This document shows positions 44,178-55,017 of a stretch of 64,000 nucleotides of DNA, piece after piece (positions within the stretch are counted from its first letter, which is position 1; each line of letters starts with the position of its first letter). The notes under the pieces were generated by a model. The model did not search any database. It saw nothing but the letters and a program-made list of their open reading frames with translations, and was not told the origin of the DNA. The stretch is from Williopsis jadinii. Its lineage: Eukaryota. The translations under genes were made by a program, and so were the position numbers. The stretch lies in assembly GCA_024346625.1 (NCBI GenBank), contig AP024664.1:1612001-1676000 (forward strand), given 5' to 3'.

Positions 44178-45017
44178 ATGAGTAACCCACAGACGTCTGC
44201 TTTCGTTAGAAAGTTAGCTGCAAATGGTGTGTATCCATTAGCTTGAAATGCTTGATGAGACCAATATACTAACGTGATATCAGATCGTCCAACAAGAAAT
44301 GCAGCTCTTGAATCATTGAAGAAGTTTCTTTCACGTCCTCGTGACATGCCTTTGATTGAGTTTGAAAAGCTTTGGAAGGGACTCTACTTTGCCATGTGGT
44401 TTAGTGATCGTCCACGTCCACAACAGCGTTTGGCTGCAGACCTTGGGCAATTATTCTTGGTAGTACCAGAGAAGAACTTTTACAACTTTGCGCTCGCATT
44501 TTGGAAAGTTATTGCCAGGGAATGGGTCGGTATCGATCACCATAGACTGGATAAGTTCCTATTATTGGTCAGAAGGGTGTTGTTTTATCAGTTAAAGAGA
44601 CTCAGCGAGAGCCAATGGGACAGTGAAATGGTGAGTGGATTCTTAAATGCGTTGAAGAAATCACCACTTAGCGGGGATAACAAAGTTCCAACTGGTATTA
44701 CATACCATCTAATTGATATATACGCAGACGAGGTTGAAAGAATGATGTTCGAAGAGCTTGAAGATGATGAGGAAGAGGAAGAGGAGAAGAAACAAGAAAT
44801 CATTGACCAGACACCCTTGCAGGAACTGATAGAACCGTTCGTTACGCTGAGCAAAGAGTGCCTCTTGAAGACAATAAGAGAAAAAATCAAAGATGACCTC
44901 CTTGGAGATGACAGACTTACCCAATGGAATGTCACCGTTAGCGCAGAGATAAATGAGGACAAGCAAGAGCAAGAGGACGAGGATGAGGACGATGATGAAT
45001 GGCATGGATTCGAGTAA
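44178..45017 (+). CDS. RRP1: Nucleolar 60S biogenesis factor Rrp1 (Nop52). Exons 44178-44226 and 44284-45017
   Basis: MSNPQTSAFVRKLAAN-D-RPTR...KLWKGLYFAMWFSDRPRPQQRLA...IDHHRLDKFLLLVRR. Intron 44227-44283 reads GTGTGT...TACTAAC...CAG. Confidence 0.95.
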
Positions 45018-45343
45018 TTGTGTGTAAAGTCTATACATAAATGCCATATCAAGCTTGGTACTCGAGATGTAGGGTTACCCTACGTTTCTGTGTCAATATC
45101 AAAAATTCGCGAAGTCCCTTTTGTGGTTGAAACTTCAACGAAAAACAAATACGGCTTGCAAAACAATAAACAGAACTGTTCTTTCATTCTCGACGTGGTC
45201 AATTACTTTGGTGTATCGATTAAACCGCGGTGTATATCACGTCTTTTTGAAGTAGACTATTGAAAGCGAATTGATTTGTGAGACTTCTGTGTGTCTTGTA
45301 TTTATTTCTTGAGTGTTTGTGTTCTTGAACTGGAATTTGGATA

Positions 45344-47335
45344 ATGAACAACAACAACAACAACCAAGGAAACGCTCCGCAAGGTACCCCTAACCAGGGA
45401 ATCAACTTGGTTCTACAACCTGCCCAGATCAAACAGCTGGCGAAGCAGTGTAATGCTGAAGTCTTGGAGGCCAGGCGCTTGGGAAGTGATACCCCTGAAG
45501 GTCGTGAGCACTTGAAAAAGGCACAGAAGATTAAGAGCATTCTTGTCCAGTATCAACAACAGCAAAGACAGGCTCAGGCTCAGGCTCAAGCTCATGCACA
45601 AGGGCAAGCCCAGGCTCAGCAGCAGACCCAGTCTTCGGTGTCTACCCCTGTTGTTGCAAATGCGGTTGCATCACCACAGATTCAACAGGCTCAACAGATT
45701 CCAAAACAATCCCCTCAGTTGAACCAATTGCAACAACAAAGACCCCAGGTGCAGCATAACATTGTATCCCATCAACAGCAGTCACAGCAACCTGTACCAG
45801 TACAGCAGCAACAACAAGGATCCCAGATGCAAAACATGAATGCTAATATTCAGGGTACTAGAAATGCTGTGTCCTCTCCAAGTCCTATGAGTCAAGCTGG
45901 TACTCCTAGTAGCACAGCACAAACATCTCAAGCACCAAGAAACCCATATCAACAGCTGCAACAGATTAAGCAAGTCCTGGCTAATTTCCAAAAGACTTTG
46001 AAGGAGATTGAGATTCAAAAGGTGGATCCTAATCTGTCGCCTGATGATTTACAGACACTATTGCACAAAGAGGCTGTTTTGAAGGAGCGTTTTACCACTT
46101 ACAAGAATGTTGCCATTTCTATTACCCAACAACTTCAGAAGCAACAACAGCAGCAGCAGCAACAACAACAACAACAACAACCGCAGCAGCAAGCCCAGCA
46201 AGTTGTATCTTCCCAAACAAAAGCACAAGCTGCTCAAAGTAACATACAACAGAACATGATGAATACCTCCCAGCAACCAATTCAATCGCCAAATATCCAA
46301 ATGGGCTCTCTTCCTCAACAGAACCAAAATGTACAACAAAATGGTAACAACTTGTACCAAATGCAACAGCAGCAGCAACAACAACAACAACAACAACCGC
46401 AGCAGCATACTCCACAATCTCAACATCAAGTTCCAATTTCTCAACAAAGTCAGCAGCAATTTGTCCAAAAGCCTATGAATCAGATGCCAAATAGCACATC
46501 TCCTACTGTAACAAATCAACAACAGATCAGACAAAATATCTCTCAACAACAGTTACAACAATCTCAGCAAGCGCAACCGGCTCAACAACAGCCTCAGCCT
46601 CAGCAGAATATCCAAGGTCAACAGAAAGTAATACAACAACAGTCCCGTACTGCTACCCCAATGACTCAGAATGCGGTTGCAAGCAACACCAACGTAAACA
46701 GAAACACATCTGGTGGAACGTCCGCATCACCAAATGCACCTGTTACCAATGTTAATGCTGCTGCTAAACCAACCACCACTCTGGGCAACTTGAATGTACC
46801 TGTCACTAATGTGTTCAAGAGTTCAGTGCCTTCACTACCGATTAGTTCTCAAGTTACGCCAAAACCATCACAACCTGTTCCTGTTTCACAGATGAAGCCA
46901 AGTTTGGCGAATGGTCATAGCATTGCAGCACCAGCGCTCACCACGCCTGCTATGCTCAAATTACCACCATATGAGATGCAAAGTGACCGGGTGTTGTCTA
47001 AGCGTAAGTTGAGCGAACTCGTTAAAACTGTGGGTGCTGATGAAGGTGATGGTGAGACAACCATTGACGGTGATGTTGAAGAATTGTTGCTTGATTTAGC
47101 AGATGAGTTTGTGACGAACGTCACTTCATTCGCATGTCGCCTTGCAAAACATAGAAAATCCGATACCCTGGATACTAAGGACATCCAGTTACATTTGGAG
47201 AAGAACTGGAACATTCGTATTCCAGGATATTCATCTGATGAAATAAGAAACGTTAGAAAATGGCAACCAAATGCAGCCCATAATCAAAGAATCCAAGGTA
47301 TCGGCATTTCAAAGTCTGTTGAACAGAACAAATGA
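45344..47335 (+). CDS. TAF12: TFIID/SAGA subunit Taf12 with a long Q/N-rich N-terminal region
   Basis: Histone fold RVLSKRKLSELVKTVG..IDGDVEELLLDLADEFV..CRLAKHRKS..LHLEKNWNIRIPGY; polyQ tracts at about 46140-46200 and 46364-46406. Confidence 0.96.
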   Translation: MNNNNNNQGNAPQGTPNQGINLVLQPAQIKQLAKQCNAEVLEARRLGSDTPEGREHLKKAQKIKSILVQYQQQQRQAQAQAQAHAQGQAQAQQQTQSSVSTPVVANAVASPQIQQAQQIPKQSPQLNQLQQQRPQVQHNIVSHQQQSQQPVPVQQQQQGSQMQNMNANIQGTRNAVSSPSPMSQAGTPSSTAQTSQAPRNPYQQLQQIKQVLANFQKTLKEIEIQKVDPNLSPDDLQTLLHKEAVLKERFTTYKNVAISITQQLQKQQQQQQQQQQQQQPQQQAQQVVSSQTKAQAAQSNIQQNMMNTSQQPIQSPNIQMGSLPQQNQNVQQNGNNLYQMQQQQQQQQQQQPQQHTPQSQHQVPISQQSQQQFVQKPMNQMPNSTSPTVTNQQQIRQNISQQQLQQSQQAQPAQQQPQPQQNIQGQQKVIQQQSRTATPMTQNAVASNTNVNRNTSGGTSASPNAPVTNVNAAAKPTTTLGNLNVPVTNVFKSSVPSLPISSQVTPKPSQPVPVSQMKPSLANGHSIAAPALTTPAMLKLPPYEMQSDRVLSKRKLSELVKTVGADEGDGETTIDGDVEELLLDLADEFVTNVTSFACRLAKHRKSDTLDTKDIQLHLEKNWNIRIPGYSSDEIRNVRKWQPNAAHNQRIQGIGISKSVEQNK

Positions 47336-48121
47336 AACTTTTGTTTAATTTCGCTGAAATGAGATGTTGAATATTGAAGACTGTATGATTTTGAATCAGT
47401 GTGTATGTTTATATTTTTTTCTTCTTAGTTTTACGTAGACGTTGCACCGTGTTGACCATTGCATGTGATTGGCTTTGCGAGAGCAGGCAATGATTATCAT
47501 GTCCACCAAGCACTCAATTCTTGTCACAATATTTACATGAGGAGACATGTGAGGTGCCTGGATGATCAAATCACTTGTCACAATCATGATGTGCTTGATG
47601 ATATGAACTAATTACTTGACGCAGTGCAATGTGTGGAAGTTCTTCTCAACACCATCTTCAGCTACAGAATGATTTTGATATTGGAAATCAACGGCGAGTC
47701 AGGCCTACGCATTTGCAGCACAGCACTTTACATGCGTGAGAGCTGTAAGGAGCAGTCTGGATTCATAATCCACGATGTGATCATATATTATTTTCTTTTC
47801 AATGAGTGGTGGGGGACCTTCACTTGTGTATGTTAATTACACCACATCTCAAGTCTCTCACTCCACGATGTATAGGTGAAATAGAGTACATGGCGTTCAT
47901 CTTTGAAGATCTGTTCCTCTCTGTGTATACATCACACTTCAGCACAGTAGTGAACACCTCCTACGGTGCCATTTACCACCCCTTGTCCCTGGATACATCG
48001 CAACAGACATAAGCTGATCAGAGCTCAATAAATGATGCCCATGTTGCACATTCGACATTGTGATTAGTAAGTGTTTACATAATCATTCAATGCTTACATA
48101 ATCCAGCTTGCTTATGTCATC

Positions 48122-48150
48122 CTCATCGCTTCCGCAAAAAAAAAAATTTC
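48122..48150. promoter_or_regulatory. PAC (CTCATCGC) and RRPE-like A-tract upstream of DIP2
   Basis: ctcatcgcttccgcaaaaaaaaaaatttc about 80-100 bp before the ATG. Confidence 0.7.
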
Positions 48151-48221
48151 GGTGCTACATTTATTCGATTTCCTCTGTTCAGAGTAAACAAAGAAGTCAG
48201 TTCCGTTGAAGGAGAGGTAAT

Positions 48222-51014
48222 ATGGTGAAGTCCTACCAACGTTATGAACAGAAGTCATGCTTCGGTGTGATTTCTTCTCGCTCAAATGTCATTTGGCTGC
48301 CGCCAACGACAAAAACCGGTGCAGGTCAAGCCATCACCGCTGGGCTAGAAGAGATTCTCATTTGGGACATAAAGACTGGTGAACTTGTGAAACGCCTAAG
48401 GGATGGGCTTGCTCCAGGTGCATCAGATGCAAAGTTGTCCAAGCCATCGGAGGTCACTGCGTTGGTCTACCATCCAGACACTACCATTGTTGGTGCAGGA
48501 TATGACGATGGTTCCATCAAGATTTGGGATCTCATCTCGGGCACTGTGCTCATCAACTTCCAAGGTCATAAATCCGCCGTCACTCTGCTTCGATTTGACA
48601 ATGAGGGTACGAGACTGGTATCTGGGTCCCGAGACTCCAATATCATCTTCTGGGATCTCGTTGGTGAAACTGGTCTGTTCAAGTTGAGAAGTCATAAGGA
48701 TCAAATCACTGGTCTATGGTTCAATGAGGAATATCTCATCAGTACTTCCAAGGATGGTTTAATCAAGCTGTGGGACCTGAAAACTCAGCAATGTATTGAA
48801 ACTCACGTTGCCCATGGTGGTGAATGCTGGAGTCTTGGTGTATCTGGTAATCACATCGTCACAACAGATGCAGAGAATCAAGTGAAAGTGTGGAATGTTG
48901 ACTTTGAAGAGGAGGAGTCGAACAAGAAGATCACAGAATTTGGAGTGCTAGAAAAGACAAGTAAGTCCAGAGGAACCGAAGTCTCTTTCCATAGTGTTGG
49001 AGGCTCTACTTACTTTTTCATTCAAAATATGGATAAGACTGTTGAAGTGTTCAAGCTCAGATCAGCTGAAGACATTGCGAAGGCCACCAAGAAGAGAGAG
49101 AAAAGACTCAAGGAGAAAGGTTACAGCGAGGAGGAGATTGTTGAAGCAATCAAGGACTCTGCAGTGAGCATGCTGATTCAGCCTTTCACTGTTTTAAGAT
49201 CAAGTTTCAAAATTAAAAGTGCCACTTGGTCTTTGACCAATAGCTCTAGACTCGATATCCTGGTTTCTTCTTCAAACAATACCCTTGAGTACTACACAAT
49301 TGCACATACAAATAAGGAGGTATCACCTGCCCAGAAACTATACACTGTTGAGCTCCAAGGTCATAGAACAGATATTAGATCGGTTGATGTGAGTGATAAT
49401 AACAAACTTCTTGCAACTGCATCCAATGGGTTGTTAAAGATTTGGAATACTGCTACTACCAACTGCTTAAGAACATTTGAATGTGGTTACGCATTGGCAG
49501 TCAAGTTCTTGCCGGGTGGTACACTTGTTGTTATTGGTACCAAGAATGGTGAGATTGAGCTATATGATCTTGCAACGTCCACACTCCTTGAAAGTGTGGA
49601 GGCTCATGAAGGTGCTATTTGGAGTTTAGACCTTACACCGGATGGAACCTCTCTTGTCACTGGATCAGCTGATAAGACCATCAAATTCTGGGACTTCAAG
49701 ATTGAAAGAGAGACGATTCCAGGAACAAACAGGGAATCGGCCAAGATGAAGATCTTCCACAACAAGACTATGGAACTTGAGGAAGACATCTTAGCTCTCA
49801 AGATCTCACCAGAGGCCAAGTACCTGGCTGTATCTCTGTTGGATAACACTGTTAAGGTTTTCTTCTTTGACACTTTGAAGTTCTATCTCAGTTTGTACGG
49901 TCACAAGCTTCCAGTCTTGTCCATTGATATCTCGTTTGATTCTAAATTGATCATCACGTCATCTGCTGATAAGAACATCAAGATTTGGGGTCTCGACTTC
50001 GGTGACTGTCACAAATCTATCTTTGGCCATCAAGACTCCATTATGAATGTTAGATTTGTTCCTGAAAGCCATAACTTCTTCTCTGCCGGTAAAGATGGAC
50101 TGCTGAAGTACTGGGACGGTGATAAGTTTGAATGTATCCAAAAGCTCAGTGCACACCAATCTGAAGTTTGGAGTATTGCTGTGGCACATGATGCATCATT
50201 TGTTGTAACTACCTCTCACGACCATAGCATTAGAATATGGGAAGAAACTGATGATCAGGTGTTCATCGAGGAAGAAAGAGAGAAGGAAATGGATGAAATG
50301 TACGAAGGCACGCTTCTAGCTTCGCTCGAAGGTGACGAGAATACGAAAAAAGACGATGATGATGAGGAGAAGGATACAGACGAAGCCACTGGTGTTCATC
50401 AACAGACTTTGGAAACATTGAAAGCCGGTGAAAAGTTGCTTGAATCTCTGGAGGCTGGATACAAGGACATCGAGGATGAAGAAGAATACAACCAAAAGTT
50501 GAACAAGTGGTTGAAAACGAAGAGTGGTGAACAGCCAATTAGACCAAGCAGAGATCCACTTCTTCAAGCACTCAACAAAACTGGGTCTCAGTACATCCTG
50601 GAAACTCTTCTTAAGATCAAACCTTCCCAGCTTGAAGATGCTCTTCTTGTGTTACCATTCTCTTTTGTTTTGAAGTTCTTCAGAGTGATTGAGAAGTGGA
50701 CCGGTATCAATGCCATATTGAAGCAACACATCGCTTTAATTTGCAGAGTTTTGTTCTTCCTCATCAGATCCAATCTACACGAGCTCAATAGCTTGAAGAA
50801 TGAGAAGATCAAGAACCAAGTCATCAATGTTAAGCAGAAGTTGAGAAATGAGCTGAAGGATCAAACTACAGAGCTTGGTTTCAACATTCAAGGGTTGAAA
50901 TTCTTGAGAAACCAATGGAACTTGACACATAGCACCGAATTCATCGATGAGTACGAACAGAGACAGCACGTTGAAAAGACCGCTAAGAAGAGAGTTTACC
51001 AGACTTTACAGTGA
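48222..51014 (+). CDS. DIP2: SSU processome WD40 protein Utp12/Dip2
   Basis: MVKSYQRYEQ, multiple WD repeats, LYGHKLPVLSIDIS, WGLDFGDCHKSIF, Utp12 C-terminal domain (LEDALLVLPFS). Confidence 0.97.
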   Translation: MVKSYQRYEQKSCFGVISSRSNVIWLPPTTKTGAGQAITAGLEEILIWDIKTGELVKRLRDGLAPGASDAKLSKPSEVTALVYHPDTTIVGAGYDDGSIKIWDLISGTVLINFQGHKSAVTLLRFDNEGTRLVSGSRDSNIIFWDLVGETGLFKLRSHKDQITGLWFNEEYLISTSKDGLIKLWDLKTQQCIETHVAHGGECWSLGVSGNHIVTTDAENQVKVWNVDFEEEESNKKITEFGVLEKTSKSRGTEVSFHSVGGSTYFFIQNMDKTVEVFKLRSAEDIAKATKKREKRLKEKGYSEEEIVEAIKDSAVSMLIQPFTVLRSSFKIKSATWSLTNSSRLDILVSSSNNTLEYYTIAHTNKEVSPAQKLYTVELQGHRTDIRSVDVSDNNKLLATASNGLLKIWNTATTNCLRTFECGYALAVKFLPGGTLVVIGTKNGEIELYDLATSTLLESVEAHEGAIWSLDLTPDGTSLVTGSADKTIKFWDFKIERETIPGTNRESAKMKIFHNKTMELEEDILALKISPEAKYLAVSLLDNTVKVFFFDTLKFYLSLYGHKLPVLSIDISFDSKLIITSSADKNIKIWGLDFGDCHKSIFGHQDSIMNVRFVPESHNFFSAGKDGLLKYWDGDKFECIQKLSAHQSEVWSIAVAHDASFVVTTSHDHSIRIWEETDDQVFIEEEREKEMDEMYEGTLLASLEGDENTKKDDDDEEKDTDEATGVHQQTLETLKAGEKLLESLEAGYKDIEDEEEYNQKLNKWLKTKSGEQPIRPSRDPLLQALNKTGSQYILETLLKIKPSQLEDALLVLPFSFVLKFFRVIEKWTGINAILKQHIALICRVLFFLIRSNLHELNSLKNEKIKNQVINVKQKLRNELKDQTTELGFNIQGLKFLRNQWNLTHSTEFIDEYEQRQHVEKTAKKRVYQTLQ

Positions 51015-51083
51015 TCAGAGGTACATTGAATAGATGTGAAAAGAATTCTATAAAATTGTTTCAAATACTTAAATGCTTTAGAC

Positions 51084-52241
51084 TCAAGCCCATTTACCAA
51101 GTAAGGCCATCAAACCAGCACCCCAACACATAATAAAGAAGGCCAAAAACATGAGCTTAAAGTTGCCTTTGAACTGTGTAGAGTATATGAATTCATGAGC
51201 CATCAACTCCACAAGACCTGTATAGATCAGGATACCAGCTGAAATTGAGTCAAAAATACCGTTGGTCATCAATGCTGTTGCGGAATTTGGTGCATAGGTA
51301 TGTCTTACACCAATACCAATACCCACAGCTATTGGAGTGGTCAGGGTGAAACCTAATGACAACAACCATGGCGTGTATCTTCTGCTATGATCCCAAGGAC
51401 ATTCTGCAATTCTGGTACCCAAACCCAAACCTTCAAACATTTGATGAAAGATCAACACAATGAATAAGGTGTTGAATTCATCACCTGCAACTGCCAGTGA
51501 GAGGCCAATGAAGACAGAATGAAAGAGGATACCAAACTCCAAAACGAAAACTGAAAGGATCTGGTTCATGTATTGCTCTAATGCTTGCTTTTCGACAGGC
51601 GTGTTGATGACTTCAGGGTCTTGATGTTCTGATGCGTGAGAGTAGTGGTTGTGACCTGGAATACTTCTCCCAGTCTCTTCTTTTGGTTGAGAGATACTGC
51701 CATCGTTCACTAAAGGATCTGGCTTTTCTTCAAACACTGAAGACTCTTCGTCATCTTTGACCTTACCAAAATTGCCGAAGTGCGAGTGAGTGTGTGCCTC
51801 TTCACTAGAACCTTGCGCAGCCTTCTCGACATAGTGGTGTGCAACCAATTCACTGAAGAACAGTGCAAACAGCGACATCAAACATATACCGAAGGCCCAT
51901 GGGTATTCTGTGATTGGTCCTGTCAAACATGAATCTGAAAGAGCATCACTCGCAGGCTCCAATAGATGGATGAACCCGGTTGCAATAATGACACCGGAAC
52001 CAAAGAACTTCGCTATGAACCAAACCCAATCTGGTAGCCTAATGAAGGAGTACTTCGAAGATAAGATTGGCAGGAAGGACCCAATAGCAGAGGAGATCAG
52101 AATCATAAAGAGGGCAAGAATACGAAGGTTATCCCTACCATCGTATTCGTTACCGGAATCACAGGTCGTAGCATCTGTGGCATCATCATCTCTGATGAAG
52201 AGTTTCACCAAATGTATAGCACTTTCAGAGACACTGGCCAT
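51084..52241 (-). CDS. ZRT2: ZIP-family zinc transporter (Zrt2-like)
   Basis: CDSGNEYDGR, FGSGVIIATGFIHLL, LEFGILFHSVFIGLSL, FHQMFEGLGLG, ALLGKWA. Convergent with DIP2 as YLR129W/YLR130C. Confidence 0.88.
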   Translation of the reverse strand: MASVSESAIHLVKLFIRDDDATDATTCDSGNEYDGRDNLRILALFMILISSAIGSFLPILSSKYSFIRLPDWVWFIAKFFGSGVIIATGFIHLLEPASDALSDSCLTGPITEYPWAFGICLMSLFALFFSELVAHHYVEKAAQGSSEEAHTHSHFGNFGKVKDDEESSVFEEKPDPLVNDGSISQPKEETGRSIPGHNHYSHASEHQDPEVINTPVEKQALEQYMNQILSVFVLEFGILFHSVFIGLSLAVAGDEFNTLFIVLIFHQMFEGLGLGTRIAECPWDHSRRYTPWLLSLGFTLTTPIAVGIGIGVRHTYAPNSATALMTNGIFDSISAGILIYTGLVELMAHEFIYSTQFKGNFKLMFLAFFIMCWGAGLMALLGKWA

Positions 52242-52759
52242 GGTTAATTAGTCGATGGTGAGTAGATGACTGTGATGTATAGGAATTGGTGATACGCGTG
52301 AAAAGATGACAACTTTATATAGACAGAGGGGGCAAGAGTTGAATTGAAATGAGCCCTAAATGTCCAATAAGGTTGAATATGTGATAACCAGCAAAGTTCA
52401 AAATCTGGTCCCCGTTGTGATGTGCGTACAGTATGTAAAACTAGAGGCCTCGGAGTAGTGAATGAGGCGTATGGCGTAACAGCAGTTTGAGCAAGGTGTA
52501 TAGAACAAATGTGTCAAGTTCGATAGAGTTCTCAGACACAATGGTGAAGATAACAGCAGACACAGAGGAAAGGTATGGGTGCTGCCAAGGCAATAGAGAG
52601 ATAAAGACGTTGACAAGACTTCTCAAGATCGATCACTCAGTTAATAGCAGTACAGATGCAGCAGCAACAAGAAATATCAAGCACCACTGGATGTCATGTT
52701 CAATGTGAAAAAATTGATACAACCCTCCTGGTCCTCCTCTGACTCCATCAAATTTCTCA

Positions 52760-52854
52760 ACCGTTGAGGTTATGTGATGCAGTGTTAATGCCGTGAGACC
52801 TCGATATGTCACCTGCTGCTGTTACTATGGACTTTTTTCACAACCTTGGTGGTT
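52760..52854. promoter_or_regulatory. Zap1-type zinc-responsive element candidates upstream of ZRT2
   Basis: ACCGTTGAGGT (52760-52770) and ACCTTGGTGGT (52843-52853), both ACC-N5-GGT variants of ACCTTNAAGGT. Confidence 0.55.
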
Positions 52855-53744
52855 GTGGAGTCTTTGATACTACGTCATAGGCGGAGGTTACTATGGGCTC
52901 CTTGTGCTTTCGGGGAGCGCTGTGTGGTATTGAATGGCTTGTGTAATACCAATTGGCCCTGTGTGTAGGAAGCACGGTCTTGTGCGCTCCAACGGTGGTT
53001 CTTCAGCTCCGTAATGTGTAGTTGTGGTGGTATATAAGGAATCTGCAAGCTCCTCCAACGGTTGAGATGTTGCCGGGGCAACCGCTGAAAAGTTCGAGCG
53101 GTACACACACGCATCACGACTTTACACCCGCACACCACGCTCTTTGCCTATGGCCCCGAGGTGTAGTAGCCACACGGTTCGAGGTACTTGAGCAGCTCCA
53201 CTAACTGTTCAGTGACCTGCTTGGACGGACAACGTGTGCTCTGAAGGGTTCAGCTTGTAGTATGTAGGGGGTAGCGATATCACAATGTGCTACACAATCA
53301 ACAACTAAACGGTTATCGATACAGTTTCCCCAATACTTCAAATGCCGGTTGAATGTTACTAGTAATATAACATGATGACGATAAGATAATGCCTACCCAA
53401 TAAGGAGTAAAAATATCAGATAAAGGCTATTTGATAGCAACTTAGAGGAGGAAACACAATGGTTCAAGGATTTCCCTTTTTACCGTTGTGTAACCACCCG
53501 TATCTCGACAATTCATGATTCCAGTGGTTTCAATAAGGCATAAAAGGGGCGTAACAACTGTTAAGTGTAACATTAATTTACAGTTCGATTAATTCAGCTA
53601 TACATCCGCAACTCGAATACTAAGGTCGAATATCACAGTCTGACGATATCTGGCGTATTTGGAGGTATTCAATCCCCCCCCCCCACCATGGAGCACATTG
53701 GGTGGAGTTCCATTGACCAAGTTGGGTAACACAACCGTACACCA

Positions 53745-53867
53745 TTACTAATCCGCTAGCCGGAGTTAACATGGTTATATCGGAGAATAACAGGTGCGAA
53801 GATCCTCCCCACTACGCAACGCTTCTGGTGATTGGGAATCGAACACACATATCGTCATTTTACGTAA
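53745..53867. promoter_or_regulatory. Yap1-type response elements upstream of the aldo-keto reductase
   Basis: TTACTAA at 53745-53751, TTACGTAA at 53860-53867, TATAAA at about 53939. Confidence 0.55.
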
Positions 53868-54011
53868 GTAAGTCGAGAATAGGGGGTGTATATTACGTGC
53901 TTGCGAATTGAACAAGAAGCTCTGAGTGTCCCCCAACTTATAAATACAGAGCGTTGACATAGTTTTTCTTTACTTGACTCTCAATCAGCTCATCAACACT
54001 CATCACACATA

Positions 54012-54908
54012 ATGTCAATTAAATACTTCACTTTGAACAACGGGAACAAGATTCCTGCAATCTCCATCGTCGGCACAGGTACCCAATGGTACAAGACAGA
54101 TAGATCCGGGCCAGTGGATGAGAAGCTTGTTGAGCAGTTGGAGTATGCGCTTTCTTTACCAGGTGTGGTTCACATTGATATTGCTGAGAATTATGGAACC
54201 TACAGGGAGCTTGGTCTTGCCTTGAAGAACTCGAAGAAACCCCGTGAAGAGATCTGGATCACTGATAAGTTTTCCAAGATTTCAAAGACTCCGAGAGAAG
54301 CCCTTGAGCAATCCCTGAAGGTTATCGGTGTTGAATATGTTGATTTGTACCTAATTCATGATCCATTCTACGACCAGTCAAACCCAGGTTATGATATCTT
54401 ACAAGCCTGGAAATATCTGGAAGAATTGTACAAAGAAGGGAAAGCCAAAAACATTGGTGTCTCCAACTGGCGTGTTGAAGACTTTGAGAAGTTGTTGCCG
54501 GTTGCAGAGATCAAACCAGCTGTGAACCAGATTGAATTCTCTGCTTTCTTACAGAATCAAACTCCAGGCATTTACGACTATGCAAAGACTCATGGGATTC
54601 AATTGGAGGCTTACTCTCCATTGGCTCCATTATCTACTAGAAAGGGTGAAACTGGACCTTTCTATGACCTCTTGGATGAATTGACGAAGAAGTACAACAA
54701 GGATGCTGGCTCAATCCTTTTGAACTGGGTTTACAGTGTTGGTGTGTTGCCAGTGACTACATCGTCCAAAAAAGAAAGAATTGCTTCAGCTGATAAGGTG
54801 TTTGAATTTGAATTGGATGATGACGATGTGAAGAAAATCACGAAACTTGGTGAACAACATGCCACTGTTCGTCAGTACTGGAAGCCACAATATGACCAGT
54901 ACAACTAA
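54012..54908 (+). CDS. NADPH-dependent aldo-keto reductase (YDL124W / conjugated polyketone reductase-like)
   Basis: HIDIAENY, REEIWITDK, YVDLYLIH, KAKNIGVSN, VNQIEFSAFLQNQTPGI, EAYSPL. Confidence 0.93.
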   Translation: MSIKYFTLNNGNKIPAISIVGTGTQWYKTDRSGPVDEKLVEQLEYALSLPGVVHIDIAENYGTYRELGLALKNSKKPREEIWITDKFSKISKTPREALEQSLKVIGVEYVDLYLIHDPFYDQSNPGYDILQAWKYLEELYKEGKAKNIGVSNWRVEDFEKLLPVAEIKPAVNQIEFSAFLQNQTPGIYDYAKTHGIQLEAYSPLAPLSTRKGETGPFYDLLDELTKKYNKDAGSILLNWVYSVGVLPVTTSSKKERIASADKVFEFELDDDDVKKITKLGEQHATVRQYWKPQYDQYN

Positions 54909-55017
54909 GCTTCTTTTTAACTAGTTTGTCTCAGTAAATGTTGTATCTCTGTTTTCTTTTTTCTTTCTTTTAGTATAAATGTATATCTCAAAATTGTACA
55001 CAGTGATGGCGGATTCT

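Noticed and set aside
53826..53890. GTTCGATTCC T-loop-like string on the minus strand (similar string at ~9981-9997)
   Set aside because: No T-stem, acceptor stem or A box, so not a tRNA.
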